IMG/VR virus record: IMGVR_UViG_3300029258_003681
Length of the DNA stretch: 64,000 nt
DNA from: a virus
Direction: 5' to 3' (one strand)
The notes below the pieces were generated by a model, which ran no database searches, had not been told where the DNA came from, and worked only from the letters and a program-made list of their open reading frames with translations. This document shows positions 18,640 to 27,050 of the stretch, in pieces; positions within the stretch are counted from its first letter, which is position 1, and every line of letters begins with the position of its first letter. The position numbers were made by a program, and so were the translations under genes.

Positions 18640-18911
18640 TGGGTTGCAAGGGATTCGGGAACAAGGATGCAGTGATATTTGTGTGCGATCGTACGCCGAA
18701 GCGAACGGAGGCATGTCAATCTTGTGGCTGGAGTACTACGAAGTCCTGTGACTTCCCTTTGAAGGGCGCGAAGGAGGGGCAGACGTGCGATCGTTGGGTC
18801 TGTGACAACTGCTCGACCGAGATGGAAGTGGAGGGCGAGACGGTGTTGCTGTGCCCTGTTCACGCGAGGATCGTGAAGAAAAGGCAGGAGAGCAATGAGG
18901 AATCTACCTGA
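18636..18911 (+). CDS. Cys-rich Zn-binding protein
   Basis: Multiple CxxC plus LCPVH. Confidence 0.6.
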   Translation: MMGCKGFGNKDAVIFVCDRTPKRTEACQSCGWSTTKSCDFPLKGAKEGQTCDRWVCDNCSTEMEVEGETVLLCPVHARIVKKRQESNEEST

Positions 18912-19527
18912 TTTTATTACATTTACTGGTGCAGATGACAAAACCGACATCGGGGGGATGCTGGATCTGTCTCGGCATTATCCTATTGAGTGGGGGATCC
19001 TATTCAGCCCGAAGCGGCAGGGGGAGGATCCGCGCTATCCAGGCGAGGATACCGTAAGGCGGATCGTGAGTGCTGCGGTGCCTGTGGCAGCTCATCTTTG
19101 CGGGAGGCACAGCGGGGACGTGATGAAGGGCAATGTTCCGTTGCTTTCGCAGCCCCTGGAGATGTTTGGGCGTATTCAGGTCAATTCGCGGAAGCCAAGA
19201 GCTGAACGGATTGCTGTGTTCCAGCGCAAGATGGGCATCCCGTGCATCGCGCAGGCGCGCGGGGAAGCGTTCCCAGAGGAGAGGAACATCAACTGGCTCT
19301 TTGACACGTCAGGGGGGCGTGGGGAGGCTCCGTTCGTGTGGCCAGCGTATCCAGGGCGCATGGTTGGGTATGCTGGAGGGCTCGGCCCTGAGACGGTCCT
19401 GGGGGCTCTGGAGGCGATCGACGCGCAGGGTTCGTACTGGATTGATATGGAGAGTGGCGTCAGGACGGACGATTGGTTTGACTTGGATCTGTGCGAGAAG
19501 GTGTGCCGCAGTGTTTTTGGAGGATGA
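18895..19527 (+). CDS. Phosphoribosylanthranilate isomerase (TrpF)-like TIM barrel
   Basis: LFDTSGGRG, GYAGGLGPETV, WIDMESGVRT. Confidence 0.7.
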   Translation: MRNLPDFITFTGADDKTDIGGMLDLSRHYPIEWGILFSPKRQGEDPRYPGEDTVRRIVSAAVPVAAHLCGRHSGDVMKGNVPLLSQPLEMFGRIQVNSRKPRAERIAVFQRKMGIPCIAQARGEAFPEERNINWLFDTSGGRGEAPFVWPAYPGRMVGYAGGLGPETVLGALEAIDAQGSYWIDMESGVRTDDWFDLDLCEKVCRSVFGG

Positions 19528-19531
19528 GTAC

Positions 19532-19651
19532 GTGATCGATGATGATGGTTGGACTGTCGTCGGTCATTCTTGGGTGAATCTGATCACTGGGAAGATCATT
19601 ATGATGCCCGATGAGGAAGAGTCGGTTGACGAACCCTGTTTAAGTGAGTAA
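19532..19651 (+). CDS. Very small hypothetical protein
   Basis: SD GGAGG then GTG; fills the gap between genes. Confidence 0.3.
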   Translation: MIDDDGWTVVGHSWVNLITGKIIMMPDEEESVDEPCLSE

Positions 19652-19694
19652 TATGACCCTTTGAAACGTGGCAAGATGTCATGGGAGGTTGAAA

Positions 19695-20648
19695 ATGGCG
19701 TTCAAGAAATATCCAAGTATCGACAATTCTTATCAGGAAAAGGAAATGCAGTGGTGGCTACGGTCTCACCCCGAGTTGACACTCGTCGACTACATTATCG
19801 AGGAGAAGATCCACGGTGCGAATTTCAGTCTGGAATTCACGCCCGACGGTGAGCATTTCATTGGTCGGCGTAAGGCGCGTGTTCCTGATGGGGTCAACTT
19901 CAATAATGCACATGAGATTTTGGAGGGCGAGGACTACCAGAAATTGATCGCAGCGTGGACCAAGCAGGCGGTTGATGCGGGCGCTACTTATCATTTGTAC
20001 GGTGAGATATTTGGCGGCAAGATCTCCAAGGGAGTCAACTACGGCCCAGAGAGGCGAATCCTATTCTTCGACGTTGCCAAGGATGAGGTGATGTTTTCTC
20101 CCTCGGTGTTCATGGCGACGATGACGGCTCATGAGCTTCTCCACTTTCATGTACCAGTCCTCGGGACGGTGAAGGGGTTGAGTGAGGCGCTCGCTTTTTC
20201 TGTTGAATTCAACACCAGGGAGGGGCCAGAGGATATCCCCGAGGGGGAGAATGTGGCCGAGGGAGTAGTGATCAAGCCTTTGTTCATGTCCTTTGCCACT
20301 CCGCAGGGATCTGTGTTCATGCTCAAGAAGAAGAACCCGAAATTCGAAGAGAAGAAACAGGCCAAGGCAAAAAAAGCGCCGCTGGAAGTGAGCGATGAGG
20401 CGCAGCGTCTGCGGGATGAGTTCGAGTCGTACTTGACCGAGACGCGACTTGAAAACCTCTTTTCGAAGGAGGGAGAGATCGAGAAGCTGTCTCAGATGGG
20501 ACAGTACATCCAGATGTTCATTGGTGATGCTCGCGAGGACTTCCTCAAGGATCAAGGGGACGCGCTCAAGGCGATCGACAAGAAAGAGAAAAAGTACGTC
20601 TTTAGCGTGGCGAAGATCGTCGTGGAGATGTTGAAAAAGCATCTTTAA
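19695..20648 (+). CDS. rnl2: RNA ligase, Rnl2 family
   Basis: KKYPSIDN, EKIHGANF (motif I), LYGEIFG, FFDV, EGVVIKP, LKKKNPKFEE and Rnl2-type C-domain. Confidence 0.9.
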   Translation: MAFKKYPSIDNSYQEKEMQWWLRSHPELTLVDYIIEEKIHGANFSLEFTPDGEHFIGRRKARVPDGVNFNNAHEILEGEDYQKLIAAWTKQAVDAGATYHLYGEIFGGKISKGVNYGPERRILFFDVAKDEVMFSPSVFMATMTAHELLHFHVPVLGTVKGLSEALAFSVEFNTREGPEDIPEGENVAEGVVIKPLFMSFATPQGSVFMLKKKNPKFEEKKQAKAKKAPLEVSDEAQRLRDEFESYLTETRLENLFSKEGEIEKLSQMGQYIQMFIGDAREDFLKDQGDALKAIDKKEKKYVFSVAKIVVEMLKKHL

Positions 20649-20669
20649 GGGAAGGAAGGAGGAACGCTG

Positions 20670-20924
20670 ATGGATACTAAGTGCATCGGATGTACCTTAG
20701 AGAGCAAGAAGTGTGATGGTCCAACGGATAAGGAGTACACATGCTACAGAGGTGTAGTTGGAGCCCGTGGTGCTGGTAAGTGCTTCAAATGTGGTTCGAC
20801 TGATGTGAAATATCAAGACGAGATCACCGTCGCTGAATTGTGTGCGCTGTGCGAGGTGGATGGCGATTCCGAGGAGATCTTTACGCAGGAAGAATTGGAG
20901 GAGGGTCTTGAGGATGCGAATTAA
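20670..20924 (+). CDS. Small Cys-rich protein
   Basis: CIGC, CFKC, CALC. Confidence 0.55.
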   Translation: MDTKCIGCTLESKKCDGPTDKEYTCYRGVVGARGAGKCFKCGSTDVKYQDEITVAELCALCEVDGDSEEIFTQEELEEGLEDAN

Positions 20925-21354
20925 TATTGAAAATGCGATCCGTCACACGGAGATGCCCAAGGAGGGACGCTTCGTTATGGAGGAGCTGATCAAGCACATG
21001 AAGCAGTTTAGGGATCGGGCACTGGAAGGCGATCCTGTTGTCCTTGCCGAGTTTTTCAACCTGTACCGATTTGATGATGATCAGTGCGGGCTCAAAGATG
21101 TTGAATTCCCCGAGCCTGATCGATTTGTAAAGCGATTTGCGGAGGTCCTGGAGGAGCTGGAACTGATGCGGGAGCGTCGTGCGGAAGCGCTGAATGTCGC
21201 GGAGGAACGACGGGGTGAGATTTTGGAACTGAAGAAAAAGCTGGCGACGACTCAGTATTGGCTCGATCGGTTTCAGGAGGAGTTTGGCGATCTGGCGATC
21301 AAGAAGATCCAGGAGGAGCATTCTGCGAACTCCAGTTCGCAAGAGGAGGGTTGA
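20914..21354 (+). CDS. Hypothetical coiled-coil protein
   Basis: SD GAGG, overlap with upstream ORF. Confidence 0.55.
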   Translation: MRINIENAIRHTEMPKEGRFVMEELIKHMKQFRDRALEGDPVVLAEFFNLYRFDDDQCGLKDVEFPEPDRFVKRFAEVLEELELMRERRAEALNVAEERRGEILELKKKLATTQYWLDRFQEEFGDLAIKKIQEEHSANSSSQEEG

Positions 21355-21579
21355 GTGGGATTCGTGCATGAGCGGAAATGTTGGTGTGTAGAAGTTCGTG
21401 AGGGGTCAGATGGTCTGATTGCTTGTGTGGATAAATATCCAGAGGCTGTGGTGCCAGAGGGGGAGGTTGTAAGATATGATGGGGAGCGGTTTCATTGTTT
21501 TGTATTTGCCGATTTTCGTATGTATGCGGGCGCTCGGGCGAAGGAGCTTGTCCGAAAGAGAATAGGAGAGTTGAGATAG
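21355..21579 (+). CDS. Hypothetical protein
   Basis: SD GAGGAGG, GTG start. Confidence 0.45.
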   Translation: MGFVHERKCWCVEVREGSDGLIACVDKYPEAVVPEGEVVRYDGERFHCFVFADFRMYAGARAKELVRKRIGELR

Positions 21580-21649
21580 CCCGTTAGAGTATGCTAATCT
21601 GCTCGGTGATAATGCTGGTGGTCAGTGTTGTGTTGACGGAGGACTGTTC

Positions 21650-22249
21650 ATGAGGTGGCATAATGTGGCTGTTTATGGTGCTTTGGCGATCGTCTGTTTC
21701 TTTTTGGGCATCTCTTTTTCTCGCATAGTTCGATCTGATGAGGGGCGCTGGGTTGGCAAACGAGTGCTGATCCTGGGTGATTCTCTCGTGGGAGAGGGGT
21801 CGGGGTTGGAGATGGGCCTTCGCAAGCGTCTCAAGGATCAAGGGGCCTACGTTGACACGATGGCTTCGATCGGTGGGCGAGCAAGCTCCTGGGCCAAGGA
21901 TGAGAAGCTCTCCGAGCAGCTTTCTGGATGGCTCCCACATGCCGTCGTGGTGGCCTTGGGCATGAACTCGTGCAGGACGCCACCCCAGACTTACGGGCGC
22001 CACGTGAAGGCGCTTGCGAGGCGACTGAAGGGTAAGGAGTGCTACTGGATTGGTCCGCCGTTGCTGGTGGAGGGGACGGCCCCGTTTTTGATTGCATTGC
22101 CGAAAGCTGTGAAGGAGAACTCGTCGTGTCGATTTTTCGATACGGTGGAGCGTGTGACGTTCCCTGTGGGGAGCGTGAGCGGGTTTCATATTCGTCGTTG
22201 GAAGGGAAAGGGCTGGGCCAAGCAGGTCTGGGGGTGGATGAACGAGTAG
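21650..22249 (+). CDS. SGNH/GDSL-like protein with N-terminal membrane anchor
   Basis: ILGDSL (block I), LGMNS (block III), WIGPP, SGFH (block V variant), N-terminal TM helix. Confidence 0.75.
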   Translation: MRWHNVAVYGALAIVCFFLGISFSRIVRSDEGRWVGKRVLILGDSLVGEGSGLEMGLRKRLKDQGAYVDTMASIGGRASSWAKDEKLSEQLSGWLPHAVVVALGMNSCRTPPQTYGRHVKALARRLKGKECYWIGPPLLVEGTAPFLIALPKAVKENSSCRFFDTVERVTFPVGSVSGFHIRRWKGKGWAKQVWGWMNE

Positions 22250-22257
22250 GAGGTAGC

Positions 22258-22488
22258 ATGGTCGATGTTGACAGGATGCTCAGGGCTGGACGGTGGAGAA
22301 GAAAGGCGCTTTATGATGGCCTTTGTCCGAAGTGCGACACCGAATTGGAGCTTTGTGAGCCAGCCGAGGCCCACGAGAACTACGCCAAGGTGCCCAAGGG
22401 GGATGCCTGGGCGAAGAGGTGTCCCAATGAGAGTTGTGACTTTGTGTTCGTGCAGCATGGGCCAGGCTTCAAGATGACGATGCCATGA
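22258..22488 (+). CDS. Zn-ribbon protein
   Basis: CPKC...CPNESC. Confidence 0.55.
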   Translation: MVDVDRMLRAGRWRRKALYDGLCPKCDTELELCEPAEAHENYAKVPKGDAWAKRCPNESCDFVFVQHGPGFKMTMP

Positions 22489-22712
22489 AGTGTAAATGCG
22501 GCAGAGAGATGACGAAGACGGACAGCGACGTGAAGTGCCTCGATAGCGCCGGTCAAGTCTTGCCGATCCCTGCTACCTACATCTTGTGGGAGTGCTTTCA
22601 GTGCGATCGGAAGTGTGTGGAGCGTGGTGGGTTCTACGTGAATCGCGGGGACGATCCGAAGGAAGAGTGGTCGGATGGCGAGACGGTGATGAAGGAGAGG
22701 GGCAATGGATGA
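22485..22712 (+). CDS. Zn-ribbon protein
   Basis: CKCG...CFQC. Confidence 0.55.
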   Translation: MKCKCGREMTKTDSDVKCLDSAGQVLPIPATYILWECFQCDRKCVERGGFYVNRGDDPKEEWSDGETVMKERGNG

Positions 22713-23256
22713 GTTTTACTGGACGATGATGGCGATCCTGGGAGGCATCTTTCTGCTGGCTGTCGTGGCCCTGTTTGTCTATGCGATCAAGAAGAAGAAA
22801 AAGGTGGTCTTTGATTTCGATCTATTTCAAACCATCATCATTGCCAGGGAAGATGGGAGGGGGGAGACTCGTCGTTTTAGGGTGCGAGTAGGTGAGCGAT
22901 CAATGCCAGAGGCTCCTTCGCGCATGTTACCTTATGGTGCGTTCGGTGAGTACCAGGTGGCATTTGAATGTGCTTTCGATCGGGAAGATATGGATGAGAC
23001 GGTACGGTTTCTCATGGGTTTTTCAGCGGGGAATCGCGCCATTGTTCGGTTTGAAGATACAGTATTGAGGGGGCATATTCGGGATTTCCAAATACGCAAT
23101 GATGATATTGAGTGGCTATCTAGGCAGCAGAAATGGGTGTTTGCTGAGTTTGTGTTGCTGTGCCCAGTTCCTGATGTGGAGATGTCGACATTTTACGATT
23201 CAGAGCTGGACGATCTGATGATTCGGTTGCCTGATGGAGAGACAGCGGATGGCTAA
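22705..23256 (+). CDS. Hypothetical membrane-anchored protein
   Basis: N-terminal TM helix followed by KKKKK. Confidence 0.55.
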   Translation: MDEFYWTMMAILGGIFLLAVVALFVYAIKKKKKVVFDFDLFQTIIIAREDGRGETRRFRVRVGERSMPEAPSRMLPYGAFGEYQVAFECAFDREDMDETVRFLMGFSAGNRAIVRFEDTVLRGHIRDFQIRNDDIEWLSRQQKWVFAEFVLLCPVPDVEMSTFYDSELDDLMIRLPDGETADG

Positions 23257-23911
23257 AATGGCTAGAAATATTGTTGTGTGGTCAGGGGGGGCTGACTCGA
23301 CGTGGCTCCTTCATCATTGGGCTGGTGCGTCATCCGAAGATCATCGCGTGGTGGCTCTCACGGTGCGGCATCATCGGTTTCTCAGTAAGCCATTTTTGAA
23401 GGCGCAGCGAAAGGCGCAGGAGGCATACTTGAAGCTGGCAAAGAAGCGAGGCTATCATATCGATCACCAGATGATTCGTGTGGACGGCCACTTTTCCTGG
23501 GGTGTGGATGTCAATAGTGGTCCGAGGGGGCGTGGCTGTCCGACCGCGCAGGCGATCATGTGGCTGTACGCGATCATGCAGGTCGTTGGCGATGGAGACA
23601 AGGTGCTGGTTGGGTACATCAAGGGTGATTCGTTTTGGCACTACCGCGACGAGTTCGCACGGACGTTCGACGCTATGTGCAAGCTGAAGGGAGTGAGGGC
23701 TACGCTGGTCTACGATCTGGAGTGGCAATCGAAGCCAGACATCTTGCGGCTTCTCAAGAAGGCCAGGATCCCTCAGCGGTGTTGGTTCTCGTGTGAGAGC
23801 GTGGGCGAGGATGGGAAGGCATGTGGCAATTGTTCAAAGTGTGATGAGATTGCCTATGCCAAGAAGCACTGGCAGTACAAGACGGACGAGCGTCCGAAGG
23901 AGATGAGGTGA
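23249..23911 (+). CDS. QueC-like (7-cyano-7-deazaguanine synthase family) PP-loop protein
   Basis: VVWSGGADST PP-loop; C-terminal SCE...ACGNCSKC Zn site. Confidence 0.8.
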   Translation: MAKMARNIVVWSGGADSTWLLHHWAGASSEDHRVVALTVRHHRFLSKPFLKAQRKAQEAYLKLAKKRGYHIDHQMIRVDGHFSWGVDVNSGPRGRGCPTAQAIMWLYAIMQVVGDGDKVLVGYIKGDSFWHYRDEFARTFDAMCKLKGVRATLVYDLEWQSKPDILRLLKKARIPQRCWFSCESVGEDGKACGNCSKCDEIAYAKKHWQYKTDERPKEMR

Positions 23912-24183
23912 TGGGATGTACAAGAAGGTCGCCTAAGAGTCCGCGCCCCGTCTTGAAGGGGGAATTTGGGCATATCGATTCGTGTACTGGTGGTAGGTTT
24001 TACGGCGCGTGGGAGTGCGAATACTGCCATCTGTACAACCTGACGAAGGAGAAGAAATGCCACCATTGCGGTGCGTCGAGGGTGCGGCCTGCGGTGGCGA
24101 AACCAGTCTTTGTGGAGCCTCCCGCAGGGGTGTACGCGCCGTACATTCCGATCCAGTTGCTTGATCCTGGGAAGGTGAAGTAA
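23908..24183 (+). CDS. RanBP2-like Zn-finger protein
   Basis: WECEYC.LYN...KCHHCG. Confidence 0.5.
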   Translation: MMGCTRRSPKSPRPVLKGEFGHIDSCTGGRFYGAWECEYCHLYNLTKEKKCHHCGASRVRPAVAKPVFVEPPAGVYAPYIPIQLLDPGKVK

Positions 24184-24398
24184 TGGCACTTAATGATGCA
24201 GCGATCTTGGTTCCTGAGTGTCCCGTCTGTTGGACGATCAGTGTGGAGATTACACATTGGGCTGGGGCGTTTCGGAAGAAGCCTGATGGCTCATGGGCGA
24301 AGGTTTGGCTCAAGATAGGCGAGACCAAAACGATCCAGTGCAAGTGCAATAACTGCGGGAATGAGTGGGAAGAGTATGTGAAGGGAGTTGAAAGATGA
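24183..24398 (+). CDS. Zn-ribbon protein
   Basis: CPVC...CNNCGNEW. Confidence 0.55.
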   Translation: MALNDAAILVPECPVCWTISVEITHWAGAFRKKPDGSWAKVWLKIGETKTIQCKCNNCGNEWEEYVKGVER

Positions 24399-24679
24399 CA
24401 GCGAGGGTGAAGGGTCAGTACTGGAAGAGCGGTGAACTTTGGCTCATCGAAGTACCTGAATTGGATGTGATGACACAGGGGTACACCGAGCAGGAGGCCC
24501 TGGAGATGATCGTTGATGCGATCGAGGAACTCGTGAACGTGGAGGGCTTTGGGATTGTTCTGACACAGTCCGAGGAGCAGAAGGCGGAGCACACCTTTTC
24601 GATGGAGGTGATTATCCCCGAGATGCGTCCTGTTTTCGTGAAGTGGCGCGAGGAGCGAAAGAAAAATGGTCGGAGCTAA
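24395..24679 (+). CDS. HicB-like antitoxin domain protein (orphan)
   Basis: WLIEVPELDVMTQGYTEQEALEMIVDAIEE. Confidence 0.75.
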   Translation: MTARVKGQYWKSGELWLIEVPELDVMTQGYTEQEALEMIVDAIEELVNVEGFGIVLTQSEEQKAEHTFSMEVIIPEMRPVFVKWREERKKNGRS

Positions 24680-24947
24680 GTACAAGATCGGGAAGGACGA
24701 GTCTCCCGTGGTGTCGAAGGAGAGGGGTGGTCGCAATTCGTCTGCGATCCGTGCGGCGTTGGCGATATTGTACGACCTCAAGCAGCTCGGCTATCTCAAC
24801 TACCACGCGGCGGCCCTCTCGAATTCGGACGGTGACGATGTGATTCACCGAGAGATGATTGAGATTGTGTATCGGGTGAAGCCGGACGATTTGCCCAAGA
24901 AACCAGGGAGAACGGAGGTGAAGCAGTGGAGTTTGGTCTGTATGTAG
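24666..24947 (+). CDS. Hypothetical protein
   Basis: 93-aa ORF. Confidence 0.45.
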   Translation: MVGAKYKIGKDESPVVSKERGGRNSSAIRAALAILYDLKQLGYLNYHAAALSNSDGDDVIHREMIEIVYRVKPDDLPKKPGRTEVKQWSLVCM

Positions 24948-25270
24948 CCTATGCCGTTGTCGTTGTTGTCATTTTCGTTGCGTGGTTTCTTGCTGGACGC
25001 GTTACACGGAAGGACTGCCCTGTGTGTGGCAGAAAGCGATCTGTTCGATTTGAGAAAGTCCATGTCTACCACCCAGAGGAACCACCCATGTTCGGTCAGT
25101 GGGTGTGCTGTGCTTGCGATGCATACACGCCGATTGTTCCTACTGGTCTGACGATCGATGTTGCCAAGAAGTTCGTCCGTGAGGGCAGGGCGAACGATGT
25201 GGTTAGGTCGATTGCGGAGAGTGGCGAGGCAAGCAATGAGGCCGATCAGTGGCCAATTGTAAAGGAATAA
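24926..25270 (+). CDS. Membrane-anchored Zn-ribbon protein
   Basis: TM helix plus CPVC...CCAC. Confidence 0.5.
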   Translation: MEFGLYVAYAVVVVVIFVAWFLAGRVTRKDCPVCGRKRSVRFEKVHVYHPEEPPMFGQWVCCACDAYTPIVPTGLTIDVAKKFVREGRANDVVRSIAESGEASNEADQWPIVKE

Positions 25271-25273
25271 ACG

Positions 25274-25501
25274 ATGATACCGAAGATTTTGAAGGTTGAC
25301 GACTGCATCACGGTCAAGCAGCTCAAGGAGTGGGTTGAGGGGCTGGCCGAGGTCAACGGCATGGGCGCTGACACAGAGGTCTGGCTTGATAACGGAGACG
25401 GCACGTCGAGCGAGTGCAGAGAGCTGTGTCCTTTGAACGTGCGGGACAAGGGTTGGCCCGAGGAGTCGTGCGATATCATCATCGGGAAGGGGAGACCATG
25501 A
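25274..25501 (+). CDS. Hypothetical protein
   Basis: ITVKQLKEWV...TEVWL, a pattern common in small phage ORFs. Confidence 0.55.
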   Translation: MIPKILKVDDCITVKQLKEWVEGLAEVNGMGADTEVWLDNGDGTSSECRELCPLNVRDKGWPEESCDIIIGKGRP

Positions 25502-26091
25502 GCAATCCGTTAACCGAAGGGAAGATCCGCAAGGGTGGTCGAAACGATCCGCCAACGAGCGAGCGACCTGCCGTGAGGCCGCAGCGGGAACCGTTGCCGA
25601 AGGTGGCGCGTCCTGCTCCGTGGCCTTATCCGAAGGCGCCCCCACAGGCAGATCCGAGGGGCAATTACCCTGACGCCATCGAGATGGCGCGTGAGCGTGG
25701 GGCCGAGGCCCTGCGTGTGGCTTTTGAGCTGCTGGCGGACAAGGACGACATCAGTGGGGAGGACATCATGGATGTTCTTGAGCGCATCGACGCTGGACAA
25801 GCCTTGGCCTATTTGGAGGGACGTGACAGGGAGAAGGCGCAGCTCAAGAACCGTCTTCGCAGGACGGCCCAGGTTCTCATCGAGGAGGTGGGGGCAGACG
25901 GGCCGATGAACGCGGAGGAGGCAGCGGAGAAAGCTGTGGAGAAGATTCGGGGAATGAGGAAAGCGATCCGTTGTATGATCCTTGCTATCGAGGATGGTAC
26001 TGAGGAAGAGCCGCGTAATGGAAAGAAGTGTTATCGCCAGGAGTTCGGCGAAGCCTTCGTCGAGATGCTGAAGGGACTACTGACTGGATGA
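25498..26091 (+). CDS. Hypothetical protein
   Basis: Pro-rich N-terminus, helical remainder. Confidence 0.55.
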   Translation: MSNPLTEGKIRKGGRNDPPTSERPAVRPQREPLPKVARPAPWPYPKAPPQADPRGNYPDAIEMARERGAEALRVAFELLADKDDISGEDIMDVLERIDAGQALAYLEGRDREKAQLKNRLRRTAQVLIEEVGADGPMNAEEAAEKAVEKIRGMRKAIRCMILAIEDGTEEEPRNGKKCYRQEFGEAFVEMLKGLLTG

Positions 26092-26138
26092 ATCAGCACA
26101 AGTGATGATAGCGAACTGGAGTTCGTGGGAGGGTTGAG

Positions 26139-26438
26139 ATGAGATATGCAACATTGGGCGAGAGGGATGCGCGCAAAACATATCGTTTAAAGAAGGGTGC
26201 TTGGCCTCCTGTTTTTGAGCCAGTTTTGTTTACTGATTTGAGGAAAGAGGATAGGTTTGTTCTTATAGAAGAAGATGGTTGTCCTGTGGCACTGGATGAT
26301 GGGGGTGTTGTTGAGATTGCATTGGGAGATCCTTTTGTTCATGACGGTATTCATGTGATTGAGGTTGAATCGCTTATCGTCTATTTATTGAGATTTTCAA
26401 GCAATTGTAAACGTGTAGCAGTAAATCAGGGAGGTTGA
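26139..26438 (+). CDS. Hypothetical protein
   Basis: SD GGAGGG after palindrome copy. Confidence 0.5.
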   Translation: MRYATLGERDARKTYRLKKGAWPPVFEPVLFTDLRKEDRFVLIEEDGCPVALDDGGVVEIALGDPFVHDGIHVIEVESLIVYLLRFSSNCKRVAVNQGG

Positions 26439-27046
26439 AGATGAAAGATGAAGAGTTGAGAGGGCTGAAAACTGGTGATCGTCTATGGGCCATAAACAGG
26501 ATGGATGATGTTCCAGAGACTCATTTCTGGGCTGGGGAGCATGGTCCTGTAGAGGTGGTCTTTTTGCGTCTGCAAATGACTAGGGAGGGGGAATCTCAGA
26601 GGGCTTTTGTGGTTCCGATATTTGACGGACACGAAGTTGCTTCAAATGCAGAGGCGCTTCATTTCACCAGAAAGGACGCGATCAATTGGTTCATTAGTGA
26701 ACTGACGACACATTCAGAGAGGGTCGGAGCCAAGGTAGAGAAAATGAGAGCGATGCTAGAGGGCGTAGGCACCGAGCCTTCTCCATCTACAGCGGTTGAA
26801 AGATTGCTTGATGATGGTGGTTGTACTTTTGCGGGGCCAGGGCGTGGCGATTGTGAGCACGCTGTTGGTCTTCCTGGCATAAGCATTCCAGGGCGGCATG
26901 ATGGAGATGATGACACTGTGGATTTTGCTGGCAAGCCGAATGGTTGGTGTTGGTCATGCTGGAGGTCGAAGCGGATAGCGGATCTTGAGGCTGAATTAGG
27001 ACATTTGCAATCGATTCAGGCCGCTGGGAAGCAGCTGAAGGAGTGA
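26435..27046 (+). CDS. Hypothetical protein
   Basis: 203-aa ORF, C-terminal CWSCW. Confidence 0.55.
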   Translation: MKMKDEELRGLKTGDRLWAINRMDDVPETHFWAGEHGPVEVVFLRLQMTREGESQRAFVVPIFDGHEVASNAEALHFTRKDAINWFISELTTHSERVGAKVEKMRAMLEGVGTEPSPSTAVERLLDDGGCTFAGPGRGDCEHAVGLPGISIPGRHDGDDDTVDFAGKPNGWCWSCWRSKRIADLEAELGHLQSIQAAGKQLKE

Positions 27047-27050
27047 ATAG

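Larger units (their letters stand above)
13814..18641 (+). repeat. Dispersed 17-bp gene-junction repeat GAAAGYGAGGGGTGATG (at least 8 copies)
   Basis: Copies at 13814, 14014, 14261, 17194, 17604, 17900, 18383, 18625; degenerate copies at 16692 and 18346. Confidence 0.9.
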
